A stretch of 64,000 bases of DNA from Tubiluchus corallicola (lineage: Eukaryota; Animalia; Priapulida). This document shows, piece by piece, positions 12,918 through 25,826 of this stretch. The stretch covers positions 111,297 through 175,296 of the forward strand of contig JAQGDQ010000471.1 in NCBI GenBank assembly GCA_030141605.1, read 5' to 3'. The notes below the pieces were generated by a model, which had not been told where the DNA came from, searched no databases, and was given only the letters and a program-made list of their open reading frames with translations. Made by a program: the position numbers and the translations under genes. Every line of letters starts with the position of its first letter. Position 1 is the first letter of the stretch.

Positions 12918-13530
12918 CAGTGGTTCGTAACCTGGGTTCGATCGAACCCTAGGGGTTCGGTGAGTCGATCTCAGGGGTTCGGCAGAGCCTCCGCCGCAGA
13001 GGTCCGGACACACTTGAATTATCGCGTAAATTCGCGATGACACACATGCCCCGCTTGGCCATCACTGGCTGCAGATGATCATGCTACACAAATGAACAAG
13101 TATCCAGTTATTGCTAAGAAAGCCCTGGATTTTTTTATACCATTTGTTACAACATATCTTTGTGAGCAATTCTTTTCGAGGATGCTGGACATAAAAACGA
13201 AGAAAAGGAACAGACTTTGCTGTGAAATGACATGAGAGTGGCACTTGCCAAGGTAAAGCCACGCATATCTGAACTGGTCTCTCAAAGGCAACAGCAGAAG
13301 TCACACTGATTTGCAGGTACGTAATTTGTTGTGAGTTTATGCATTGTGTTGGTTTTGTTCTTTGAACAAGGTGATGTTCATGCACGGCTCATTTTGTGTA
13401 CCAGTAAAAAACATATCTATGTCTTGAATTTGAAAAAAATCATATTTTATTTTTCACTAAAGAGGGGTTCGGTGAATGCGCAAATGAAACTGGTGGGGTT
13501 CGGTACCTCCAACAAGGTTAAGAACCACTG
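12918..13530 (+). mobile_element. Non-autonomous hAT (Charlie/Buster-type) DNA transposon, copy 1
   Basis: TIR CAGTGGTTCgTAACCT...AGGTTAAGAACCACTG; 8-bp TSD CTCTAGAG on both sides; 13101-13309 encodes a hAT C-terminal dimerisation remnant YPVIAKKALDFFIPFVTTYLCEQFFS...KTKKRNRL/DMRVAL...QKSH* with a frameshift. Confidence 0.92.
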
Positions 13531-13714
13531 CTCTAGAGTAATAACTCTGCAGTACAAACGTGACTAAGGAAGATCGACTCCGACATATTAGCCGGCGAGT
13601 AAAACCAAAAAAATTCCCCATTGAAAACGACAAGAAAAACAAACAGTAATACATAATATCAGCATAAACAAATTAATCACTATCAAATAGAAAGCAATTC
13701 CATGTACTCTAGAG

Positions 13715-14327
13715 CAGTGGTTCTTAGCCTGGGTTCGATCGAACCCTAGGGGTTCGGTGAGTCGATCTCAGGGGTTCGGCAGAGCCTCCGCCACAGAGGT
13801 CTGGACACACTTGAATTATCGTGTAAATTCGCGATGACACACATGCCCCGCTTGGCCATCACTGGCTGCAGATGATCATGCTACACAAATGAACAAGTAT
13901 CCAGTTATTGCTAAGAAAGCCCTGGATTTTTTTATACCATTTGTTACAACATATCTTTGTGAGCAATTCTTTTCGAGGATGCTGGACATAAAAACGAAGA
14001 AAAGGAACAGACTTTGCTGTGAAATGACATGAGAGTGGCACTTGCCAAGGTAAAGCCACGCATATCTGAACTGGTCTCTCAAAGGCAACAGCAGAAGTCA
14101 CACTGATTTGCAGGTACGTAATTTGTTGTGAGTTTATGCCTTGTGTTGGTTTTGTTCTTTGAACAAGGTGATGTTCATGCACGGCTCATTTTGTGTACCA
14201 GTAAAAAACATATCTATGTCTTGAATTTGAAAAAAATCATATTTTATTTTTCACTAAAGAGGGGTTCGGTGAATGCGCAAATGAAACTGGTGGGGTTCGG
14301 TACCTCCAACAAGGTTAAGAACCACTG
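13715..14327 (+). mobile_element. Non-autonomous hAT element, copy 2
   Basis: Same TIRs and CTCTAGAG TSD. Confidence 0.92.
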
Positions 14328-14511
14328 CTCTAGAGTAATAACTCTGCAGTACAAACGTGACTAAGGAAGATCGACTCCAACATATTAGCCGGCGAGTAAA
14401 ACCAAAAAAATTCCCCATTGAAAACGACAAGAAAAACAAACAGTAATACATAATATCAGCATAAACAAATTAATCACTATCAAATAGAAAGCAATTCCAT
14501 GTACTCTAGAG

Positions 14512-15124
14512 CAGTGGTTCTTAACATGGGTTCGATCGAACCCTAGGGGTTTGGTGAGTCGATCTCAGGGGTTCGGCAGAGCCTCCGCCGCAGAGGTCTG
14601 GACACACTTGAATTATCGTGTAAATTCGCGATGACACACATGCCCTGCTTGGCCATCACTGGCTGCAGATGATCATGCTACACAAATGAACAAGTATCCA
14701 GTTATTGCTAAGAAAGCCCTGGATTTTTTTATACCATTTGTTACAACATATCTTTGTGAGCAATTCTTTTCGAGGATGCTGGACATAAAAACGAAGAAAA
14801 GGAACGGACTTTGCTGTGAAATGACATGAGAGTGGCACTTGCCAAGGTAAAGCCACGCATATCTGAACTGGTCTCTCAAAGGCAACAGCAGAAGTCACAC
14901 TGATTTGCAGGTACGTAATTTGTTGTGAGTTTATGCATTGTGTTGGTTTTGTTCTTTGAACAAGGTGATGTTCATGCACGGCTCATTTTGTGTACCAGTA
15001 AAAAACATATCTATGTCTTGAATTTGAAAAAAATCATATTTTATTTTTCACTAAAGAGGGGTTCGGTGAATGCGCAAATGAAACTGGTGGGGTTCGGTAC
15101 CTCCAACAAGGTTAAGAACCACTG
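14512..15124 (+). mobile_element. Non-autonomous hAT element, copy 3
   Basis: Same TIRs and CTCTAGAG TSD. Confidence 0.92.
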
Positions 15125-15310
15125 CTCTAGAGTAATAACTCTGCAGTACAAACGTCACTAAGGAAGATCGACTCCGACATATTAGCCGGCGAGTAAAACC
15201 AAAAAAAAATTCCCCATTGAAAACGACAAGAAAAAGAAACAGTAATACATAATATCAGCATAAACAAATTAATCACTATCAAATAGAAAGCAATTCCATG
15301 TACTCTAGAG

Positions 15311-15922
15311 CAGTGGTTCTTAACCTGGGTTCGATCGAACCCTAGGGGTTCGGTGAGTCGATCTCAGGGGTTCGGCAGAGCCTCCGCCGCAGAGGTCCGG
15401 ACACACTTGAATTATCGTGTAAATTCGCGATGACACACATGCCCCGCTTGGCCATCACTGGCTGCAGATGAACATGCTACACAAATGAACAAGTATCCAG
15501 TTATTGCTAAGAAAGCCCTGGATTTTTTTATACCATTTGTTACAACATATCTTTGTGAGCAATCCTTTTCGAGGATGCTGGACATAAAAACGAAGAAAAG
15601 GAACAGACTTTGCTGTGAAATGACACGAGAGTGGCACTTGCCAAGGTAAAGCCACGCATATCTGAACTGGTCTCTCAAAGGCAACAGCAGAAGTCACACT
15701 GATTTGCAGGTACGTAATTTGTTGTGACTTTATGCATTGTGTTGGTTTTGTTCTTTGAACAAGGTGATGTTCATGCACGACTCATTTTGTGTACCAGTAA
15801 AAAACATATCTATGTCTTGAATTTGAAAAAATCATATTTTATTTTTCACTAAAGAGGGGTTCGGTGAATGCGCAAATGAAACTGGTGGGGTTCGGTACCT
15901 CCAACAAGGTTAAGAACCACTG
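15311..15922 (+). mobile_element. Non-autonomous hAT element, copy 4
   Basis: Perfect 16-bp TIR CAGTGGTTCTTAACCT / AGGTTAAGAACCACTG; CTCTAGAG TSD. Confidence 0.92.
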
Positions 15923-16369
15923 CTCTAGAGTAATAACTCTGCAGTACAAACGTGAATAAGGAAGATCGACTCCGACATATTAGCCGGCGAGTAAAACCAA
16001 AAAAAAAAATTCCCCATTGAAAACGACAAGAAAAACAAACAGTAATACATAATATCAGCATAAACAAATTAATCACTATCAAATAGAAAGCAATTCCATG
16101 TACTCTAGAGTAATAACTCTGCAGTTTTAATAAATGGCAGGAAGATCGACTCCGACATATTAGCCGGCGAGTAAAACCAAAAAAATTCCCCATTGAAAAC
16201 GACAAGAAAAAGCAAACAGTAATACATAATATCAGCATAAACAAATTAATCACTATCAAATAGAAAGCATTCCATGTACTCTAAAGTAATAACTCTGCAG
16301 TTTTAATAAATGGCAGGAAGATCACAATCCAGGATAAGTATCATTTAGAAGCAGATGGTTGTTTCTTTC

Positions 16370-16514
16370 TTAGAAATCAATCGACTCGGCTTTTCCTTGA
16401 TGACTGTGGTCATATTTTGGAGGTGGACTGTCCTTCCCTGCAGTGCAAAACTTGAAAGAATCTTTCTCTGCTTCCGGAGGTAAGCACTCACAAGCCCTCA
16501 GGGGGGAAGCAGAC
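16370..16514 (-). CDS. LRR receptor gene 1, exon 4 of 4 (cytoplasmic tail with PPxY)
   Basis: Acceptor ttttttttatttgtag|G, phase 2, matching exon 3; (R)SASPLRACECLPPEAEKDSFKFCTAGKDSPPPKYDHSHQGKAESIDF*. Confidence 0.7.
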
Positions 16515-16683
16515 CTACAAATAAAAAAAACAGTTTAAAAACTAGTAAACCTCTTTTTGACAAGCCTGTTGATCGTACTACTTTAGTGCAGTTAGAACTT
16601 GATTTTTACACACCACCAAAGCGTTTATTGTTTGACAAAGATCAACCAACAGCAACATTAGAAAAGCAAAAGCAGCAACAGCT

Positions 16684-16716
<33 letters not shown>

Positions 16717-16882
16717 ACAACAACGACGACGACGACAACGACAACACAACAACAAGAACAACAATCACCAACAATATTAACAACAACAACAATAACAATG
16801 ACGACGACGACGACAACAACAACAACAACTGAATTTCAAATTATGGGCATCTAAGGTTTACCAAAAATCTGTTTTTTCCTAC

Positions 16883-16997
16883 CTGCTCATTTTATTTTTC
16901 ATTTTTGTTATGGACACGATGACCCAAACAAGTAAGCACAAACTGACCACCATGAAAGCGAAGATCATCCAGTCAACGTAGTGGGGATCGGTTGACT
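16883..16997 (-). CDS. LRR receptor gene 1, exon 3 of 4 (transmembrane helix)
   Basis: Acceptor ttaattttag|AG (phase 1, matching exon 2); ESTDPHYVDWMIFAFMVVSLCLLVWVIVSITKMKNKMS; donor AG|GTAGG, phase 2. Confidence 0.72.
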
Positions 16998-18248
16998 CTA
17001 AAATTAACAAAAATCATCGCAAGAATGTTATAATCATCATGTGATTCATAAATTATGCCCGATATTAAACACTTTACAATTTTGTTCAATTGGATTTGCT
17101 GAGACAGATTTGAATTTATTAATTTCGAAGTGTTAATTTACGACTATAGCATTCACCAGCCCCATAATTGCTAGTAAAATAAATGAAAAGTTTGTCAAAA
17201 TTAACTTTTTTAACCTGAGGAAGATTTCCAGCTGACCTTATATATTTCAAATTTATAATTATTAATAATGTATAGTTATTTCAAAAGAAATTAACGAGAA
17301 TGGCATGTTTCACGTCAATGCAGTCAACTGATGAATCCAAATAGATGAACAACGTTTGTCTTCCGTTAGCCTGTTATCCACATTTTTTGGTCTGTAGTTT
17401 AGACACTCTCTGTTTAGATATTCACCAAACATGATGGGCAACACCGCAGGACCAAATTTAGGATATCAGGGCGCGATGTGCTGTATCCGGTGGTAATGCG
17501 AAATGAAACTTATTATAGGTAGCGAAGCTAAACTAAACTAAGAGCACGTTGAAAACTTGACATAATCAATTTGATAAATATCCCACAATATCAACGAATT
17601 CTATGACATTGTTATGGTCACTGAAATGTGTAGTGGCTGAAAATATTATTGCTCATAAAAATGTTATGAAATTCAAAAATGTCACAGAATTCGTTGATTT
17701 TGTAGTTGATGCCGCTCTTGTCATTAAAAATTTGAAATAATCAAATTGAATTATTTATTTCCCGCATTTTACGTCAAACGTGCTCGCAACAATTTTAATG
17801 CTTTAGAAGATGAAGTACTTTGCCTTATTCATAACCAAAAAGCACTTAAACACCTGAAATATGTACGTCGGTGCCTTGCCACAAATCTGGTCTTGAACCC
17901 TGAACCCAAGTCTGATGACATACATTTAGTCATTATCACGTCACTGGTTCACAATGATAAGCTGTAACTACTATTTGCTACTTTCAATAAATAATGAAGA
18001 TTGTTTTATCTTCGCCGAGTTTCTGCTTGTTTGCTATCCAAAGTATAACAAGGTTCTAAATACAACTACAAGTTCTAATTTAATTTAACTTAGACGCAAT
18101 ATGTAAGAGAATTTTAGTAAGTGACTTGTTAATAATAATTTTAAATCTTGTTTACGACATGTCACTAAAACAGAGTTAATTAGAGAGGTTTGACAGTAAA
18201 AAAACATACAGTGAATTGTTTAAGCATAGAGTAACTTTTAGCAGGATT

Positions 18249-18412
18249 TAGTAAGGAGGAAGGAGTGAGTAAGGGGAAGTAGTGAGTAAGGGGGAAGGAG
18301 TGAGTAAGGGGAAGTAATGAGTAAAGGGGAAGGAGTGAGTAAGGGGAAGTAGCGAGTAAGGGGAAAGGAGTGAGTAAGGGGGAAGGAGTGAGTAAGGTGG
18401 AAGGATTGAGTG
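18249..18412. repeat. ~19-20-bp G-rich minisatellite (gtgagtaaggggaagga)
   Basis: About 8 imperfect tandem units. Confidence 0.85.
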
Positions 18413-18905
18413 GTCACTATAATAGAACAATCACTGAAGGTCAAATTGCAACGTAATTGGTTATAATACCAGAGTCAGATTTTGAGTAAAAAGATTCTTG
18501 TACAACTAACTAATCCGGAATGCGAAGCATTGAGTTACTCGCTTATTGAATTTTCCTGCCCAAGTGCAGGAAACGTCATTTAGAACGCGATTAAACTGTT
18601 GTCGTGGAATACAGTTCTTCGGTAATATGACATTCAAAACACCGTTTGTCGATGCTTGTTTCGTGGAAATTTGAATATGGAACAACTATATTCTGATATC
18701 ATACTAAAAAAAACTGGCTAAAAATCATTACAAAGAACAGCCGGCGAAATAGACAGCTTTACAGAGTTACTTAGCGAACGAGTGACCAAAAAATAATATA
18801 AAATATAATAATATTTACTTTTTTCTTTGTCACTTGTAATTTGCTTTGCTCAATGGTTCAATAAATAGATAGATAAATAAGTGTAGCACAATGTTTTAAA
18901 TTCAT

Positions 18906-19367
18906 GTCACAACAAAGGAAAACCAATAAGACGAAATTAGATAATTAGATAATTAAGACGAAATTAGACTGCTGATGTGATAATATGAACTTCTTTATGT
19001 ACTAATCAAGGCTAATTAAGCTGTACTAATCATCATTATGACTGATATTTTCTATGTCCTGTGACAAAGTCTGAATTTTGATAGCGACATAGATGATTTA
19101 ATACTAGTATTTAGAGTGTACGTAATGAAGGCCCTGTGTATGCAGTAAACAGTAAACAAGCGCCATTTTCAACCGAACGACAAAAACAGAAAACCATTCT
19201 GTCTGTATATTAAGTAAAGCTGAAAATTTCTGTTTTCAAAAAGGTATCATACTTATGCTAGTTTGTTAGAATACAACGCACAAAAGCTTAGAATTGTTTG
19301 GAGAAGATTTATTTTTGGTTAAATATTAGGCGTAAAGTAATTAATTTTACTAATTTAAAAGAAAAGA

Positions 19368-19370
<3 letters not shown>
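18906..19370 (-). repeat. Dispersed repeat family A, copy 2 (inverted relative to copy 1)
   Basis: Reverse complement of 4683-5118 with a small internal duplication at about 18930-18970. Confidence 0.85.
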
Positions 19371-19887
<517 letters not shown>

Positions 19888-20640
19888 AGGGAGAATGAGA
19901 GAGAGAGAGAGAATAGAAAGAAAGATAATGTGCGTGAGAGAGAGAAGCAGAAATAGAGAGGAAAGAGGAAAAAAGTGAGAAAAAAGAGAGACAATAAAGA
20001 AAAAGAATAAAAATAAATAACATGAAAAGAGATATGGGGAGGGGGGCGATTTGAGCTTTTCTAGCGATCCCATGTATAGTGAGGCCCCGCGCAAACATGT
20101 AATTTTCAACTGTGGAATTCAAAGTCGTAAAATCTGTAAATAAATAAAGCCTATGAGAGCGCCCAAATGTATGCAACTAAAAATTGCAATCTGAGCTCGA
20201 ACTTTTACATGCACAACTGTTCTGTAGTGTACTTCAATGAGACCACGCAGACAAGCAAATTTTAATCCAAACACAATAATTAAACGTGAGAAAAGAGCAG
20301 TGTATTATGAAGAGGCGCTGTTAAATAAAAGAAATAGAAGAAAAGAAAAAAAATCAATGGAGATGTATCATTGTTATCATTTTAAACACAAGCAGCATCT
20401 TCAAACTCCGTACCGCCAGTTGCACAATTGAGAAAGTTCGTCGGTCTGCGCGCCTCATTTTGGTACACAAAGAAAATTTGCTGCACTTTTCAGTTGTGCA
20501 GTTGAAAATCGCATAACTGCGCGGGGGTTTATCCCAAAAAATAACAGTAAAGCATCTCATACAGCAGCCTGAAAGATATGCCAATAATACCAGATCCTGC
20601 ATGAGCTAGTACTGACTACAACAACACGAGATGAACTTAC

Positions 20641-20913
20641 CATAGTAATTATGGATGGCACTGTCTTTAGCAGTAGTGGTACCTTGCGTAGTTGTCGTCG
20701 TCATGTCACCTCCATAGCGTCCACACGTGTAATTTGACATTTCCAGGCAACTACGGGGGGTGTCACACAAAAACCAGAACGGCGTGCCATAGATGATTGG
20801 GGTTCCATGCAAAATGGGAGGCGAATCACATAAGCCGAGTTCCTCCGTGCTGTGACTTCCCCAATGCTTCTTGCTCACCCACCTGAGACAACAGTCGCAG
20901 TTCAAAGGGTTGC
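20641..20913 (-). CDS. LRR receptor gene 1, exon 2 of 4 (LRRCT + Thr-rich stalk)
   Basis: Acceptor gactag|GC gives GNPLNCDCCLRW...CDSPPILHG; TTTTTQGTTT stalk; donor TAT G|GTAAGT; 273 nt, phase 1-1. Confidence 0.82.
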
Positions 20914-21617
20914 CTAGTCAAATATAAATGATATGTTACATCTACGTACCAACATTTGTTTCGACTTTGTTGGTAAATTGACTGCTCGTACTGTTTTTGT
21001 TAGTTGTTGATGGCTTTTTTATTAGTTTGTTAAAGGGAAAGAAAATTGAAATTTAATGTCTCAAATAACTTTCCATGCAAAGTTGTTTTACATAGCATTA
21101 CGCTTACTCGTGTTTGATACAAGTAACTGAAAAAGAAAATTCTTAATAATTTAACCACGTTCACGCCAGCTGGTAACGTTCACGCCACTTTTTTGCTGGT
21201 AAACGGCACTATTTCACTATCTCAGTATGAACCAAAAAAGGCATCACTGGTTCACTAAATATTAACGTTTATGAGAATATACAGTAATTTATACCTTTGC
21301 TTAGTTAGCGAAGTGTGCGCTAATTCTCTGATTATTCTTTCAAGATTTTATTATTTTTTCAAACTCTTCATTTTTCTCCATGCTAATGAGCGAATTTGAT
21401 GAATGACACCCCTTGTATTAACATGCACAGCACACTCTGTTACACAAAAATTATAAAGAATTTGCATAATTTTTACAACATTAGGCATAAAATATTAGCT
21501 TATAGTTAGTTGTTATGAAAGAATCCTATAGCATTTGGTTGGCAAATGAAAATTAGACAGTAAAGATTAAGAAAGTAGTTGTTAAACATATTGACGAAAT
21601 CATAAAAAAACGTTTAC

Positions 21618-22908
21618 CTGTTAGTATCAAATGTAGAAGCGCCGTATCAAGGTTAGAATCCAGTGCCGTTTCATGAAATTCTGAAATATTATTCTCGGAA
21701 AGATTAATGGTTCTGATGGTGGATAGTTGGGCGAAAGTGTTTGGTTGAATGAAAGTGAGCTTGTTGTTGTTAAGCTGAATCGAAGTCAAGTTCTTGGAGC
21801 AGGAAAACGATTTGGCTGGTATATCACAGATATCGTTATGGGACAAATCCAAGGTCTTCAGACTCTTCAGCCCCTTGAATGCTTTGTAAGTGACATTGTT
21901 GAGGTTATTTTGGGACAGAATAATGGTTTCCAAATTTTTACAGTTCTTGAATGTGTAGTCATTTATGTAACTGATATTGTTGTTGTAGAAAGTAATGGAT
22001 CTCAGCTTGCCAAGGTGGAAGAAAAGTTCGGGATTCAAAGTGGTCAGCAAGTTGTTATGCAGTGAAAGCACTTCTAATGCAGCCAGATCAGAGGTTGCAT
22101 TTGCGTTGATGTTGCCTACTTGCATGTAATTCAGCGACAGCTGTTTCAGAGATGTCAGTCCGATGAAGAAGTGCTCACCGATACTGCTCAGTTGGTTACG
22201 ACACAACTTCAAGATTTGCAAGTTCCCGAGGTCTGCAAATGCATAAGAAGTGTCCTTGATGTTGTTCTGTTGCAACTTGAGGACTTCCAAGGATGCTAAA
22301 CCCGAGAAGGTTCCATTGCCAATGTCTTCAATATTATTATGGGAGAGATCCAAAGTTTTCAAAGACAAAAGATGGGAAAAGGTGGCAGGGTGCATGATCT
22401 TCAGTCCAGATCCACTAATCGTTAACTGCGACAATTTGTTCAGTCCAGTAAACATCTGAGAAGACACTTCCGTCACATTGCATTTTGAAATCGTCAATGT
22501 TCCTAATTCTCTTAAAGGAGAAAAGACAGAATTCGGTATTCGGCTCAGGCCAGTGCTCTCAAAAACCAGATCACCAAGATCCCTTATACCGTGGAAAGCA
22601 TGGCTTTTAAGAATGGATAGATTGGGGCTTTCACTGAACTTAATGTACCTGACTCTAGTGTCATCAAGAGCGTAGTTTGGGATATGGTCACTCGAGTAGT
22701 TAACAAAGGTCAAACTTTCCAGTGTCTTATTGGTCAAGACTTCAAAAATGGAGGCGTTAACACCAATGCAGGTAACGACGGGTCCACTGTTATCGTCTAC
22801 ACACGTGCAAGGGTCAATGCCCGAAGGACAAAAAGAAGTTCCGGCTGCTATCCCAACAGAGAATACCAGAATTGATATCCACATTATATGGTAGCCGAGA
22901 GAAGCCAT
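21618..22908 (-). CDS. LRR receptor gene 1, exon 1 of 4 (signal peptide, LRRNT, ~13-14 LRRs); 607 aa in total
   Basis: MASLGYHIMWISILVFSVGIAAG signal; CPSGIDPCTC LRRNT; repeated LxxLxLxxNxIxxI....F; donor ACA G|GTAAAC, phase 1. Confidence 0.9.
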
Positions 22909-23339
22909 AATAGAGACGCAGTTAAGTCAGACTTGAGTAAAGAATGAACAAGCACGCAATGGAAAAGTGAGGCGTGACGATGGGTCGTCTTCTGCACAAT
23001 GATCAGACGACGTCTCTTATTTACCTGTCTGTTGGAAACTGATAACTAATATCAAATTAAACAGAATTTGCACTCCAGTTCAAACAAGTGCAAAAATTAG
23101 TGTTCAAAGTACGCTGTGCAAGTTCACAAGAGTTCACGAGTCACAAACACGTGTCGAGACCTTGGCAAATATCAACGAACAATCGAAACCTTTTGAAAAT
23201 CAAGGTTTCTTGATAAACATTTAAAATGTTCTGACTGGTTTTGCAGCTTAAATTGTCTGAGACACCGCTTAAGAAACTCTTAGTTATCCACTTTGCTCCT
23301 TGGTAGCATTGACACAAATATAATGTACTCTCTCTATAC

Positions 23340-23734
23340 CAGGGGTGTGCAAATTATCTGACTAGCCGGGCCACATTAAACATTCCCGCAATTCCTGTGG
23401 GCCACATGCAGTTTGGTCAAGGATCCAAGTACAGTAGGACCTAATAACGATTTTTTTTTGCAACCGATTTGCGCACTTCATTACTACTGCACTACTACAC
23501 TCAAGAAACTATTTTAGAAGTTATTAAAATTTATATTAAAAGCCATATATTTCGTCATGTCCGACAGTGACATTAAGTGACAACGGTCTTGTAAGGGTTA
23601 ATGCCATCCTATCTAGACGAAAAAACTACCCGCACTATCTTTGCGATATTGGTGCAGACTTCAGCTGTATCGCGTGGGCCGCACTTTCATTACGTTGACA
23701 AACCTCTTCGCGGGCCGCAGTTTGCACACCCCTG
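23340..23734. mobile_element. hAT-type MITE
   Basis: 14-bp TIR CAGGGGTGTGCAAA / TTTGCACACCCCTG with subterminal gggcc(g/a)ca motifs; imperfect 8-bp TSD ctctatac / gtctatac (offset by 2 nt). Confidence 0.7.
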
Positions 23735-23756
23735 CAGTCTATACCAACCTAATGTA

Positions 23757-23775
23757 TAATAATAACAATAAGAAT

Positions 23776-23849
<74 letters not shown>

Positions 23850-23877
23850 GAATTATAATAATAATAAGAAGAAGAAT

Positions 23878-23967
<90 letters not shown>

Positions 23968-23995
23968 AAGAACAACAACAACGACAACAACAAAA
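23757..23995. repeat. (AAT)n(AAG)n(AAC)n microsatellite
   Basis: Seen directly. Confidence 0.95.
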
Positions 23996-25420
23996 ATATA
24001 ATTTTAATATTCAGATGAGGGTAGCACTTTCGTGACGAAAGATTCTTGTTATTTTAGCAGTCAAGTACTAAAAAATTAGAATAAAAATTCTGTTTTTAAG
24101 CTAGAATGCAGATTAGAGATGTATAATGTTTTTGGGACTCCAGAAAACCTGAAGCCTGGGGCGCGTGCTTCGTGGACCTCATGGTTAATTGCCCTATTGT
24201 TAGACACGGAGAGCTTTGCTTCATGTTTTGATGAAACAAAAATAAAGAAATATATAATTAAAAACTAAATCAATCAATAAATAAATAAGTAGATAAGTAA
24301 ATAACTAAATAAATAAATAGATAAATAACTAATAATAATAAAGTAAATAAACACTTTATTTATTATTACGGTACCTTAATTAAATAAATAAGTAAGTAAA
24401 GTAAATAAATATATAAGTAAATGAATAAATAAATAAATATAAATAAACTAATAAAAATATAAATAAATAAATTCATAAATTAATAAGCAAATTTTATAAA
24501 TAAATACATAAATAAATAAATAAAGTTACGTTTGATGCGACAGTGCTGTTTATTTTTTGAACCAAAACTAATTAACTCTTTGGGAAGCACAGGCCCTATA
24601 TTTACTCTTTTCTTTGTATACAACAAAATACGTGTAATTGTACGAATACTGTCAAAATGTACAGAAACGAATATATTTTAAATCTTCATGTTTTAAATTC
24701 TGATTTTATACAACTTTTTTAAATGCGCGGAATCGCCTGCCCGTTCTTTTTAGTACGAACAGTTCACACATCACATTAGAACCAATATCGCACATACGAG
24801 ATGCCTATTTAGTTGTTTTTGCGCTCTATTAAATCTTAATTAATTCCACTGTACATTTAATCCGATCCTAGAAGATCATCCCACGTTAATCCAACACCAG
24901 ACGCTTATCTCTCTGTAAACGATTAATCGGCGCATTGATACAAGTGGGCGCTAATTGTTCTCGCGCGTGTCAAACAGCGTGGCAACCCTCTTGAACCATA
25001 CCGCTGACGTGTGAAGCCGGGGGTGGTGACACGTGTTCACCTGGGGGTGGCGTAACACTGTTAAGTGGCTCACTAATTGTTCTGCTCATTCAGTGGACAG
25101 GTTGTTAATTAAACTGAAGCTGAGCAGAGGAGTAGAATGAAGAAAGACAATAGTGATGTTTTGAGGACGAGGAGGTAGAGGATAAGATTTGTTATGTTTG
25201 ATCTAATGCATCTTCTGTTTCACTATCATGTTTCAGTATTATGGCACCTGGAAAATATGAGATGCCATCAAATTTTGTCCTAAAAAGTTTTAAGTGATTC
25301 TTGAAATTTGATAGTTTGCATATGTCGGCTAAAAATTCTCCAAAGTGCATTTTTGAAATTGTAGCAACTGTTATATTACATTTGAACTGGTTATTAAACA
25401 TAAATTTGGGGAATAAACGT

Positions 25421-25826
<406 letters not shown>

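Larger units (their letters stand above)
12753..16324. repeat. Tandem array: four ~797-bp composite units (~180-bp monomer + hAT element) plus two empty ~180-bp monomers
   Basis: Period 797/797/799, near-identical copies, reflected in repeated ORF-track entries. Confidence 0.95.

Noticed and set aside
12753-16324. Repeated 107/70/78/65-aa ORFs as a tandem gene family, or the array as CRISPR-like
   Set aside because: They are antisense or alternative frames of a hAT remnant inside near-identical 797-bp units; there are no unique spacers and no cas genes
20354-20602. Cys-rich 82-aa ORF / chitin-binding-like exon as the 3' end of LRR gene 1
   Set aside because: The CBM14-like Cys pattern needs a frameshift; the TM and PPxY exons at 16997 and 16514 give a better phase-consistent model
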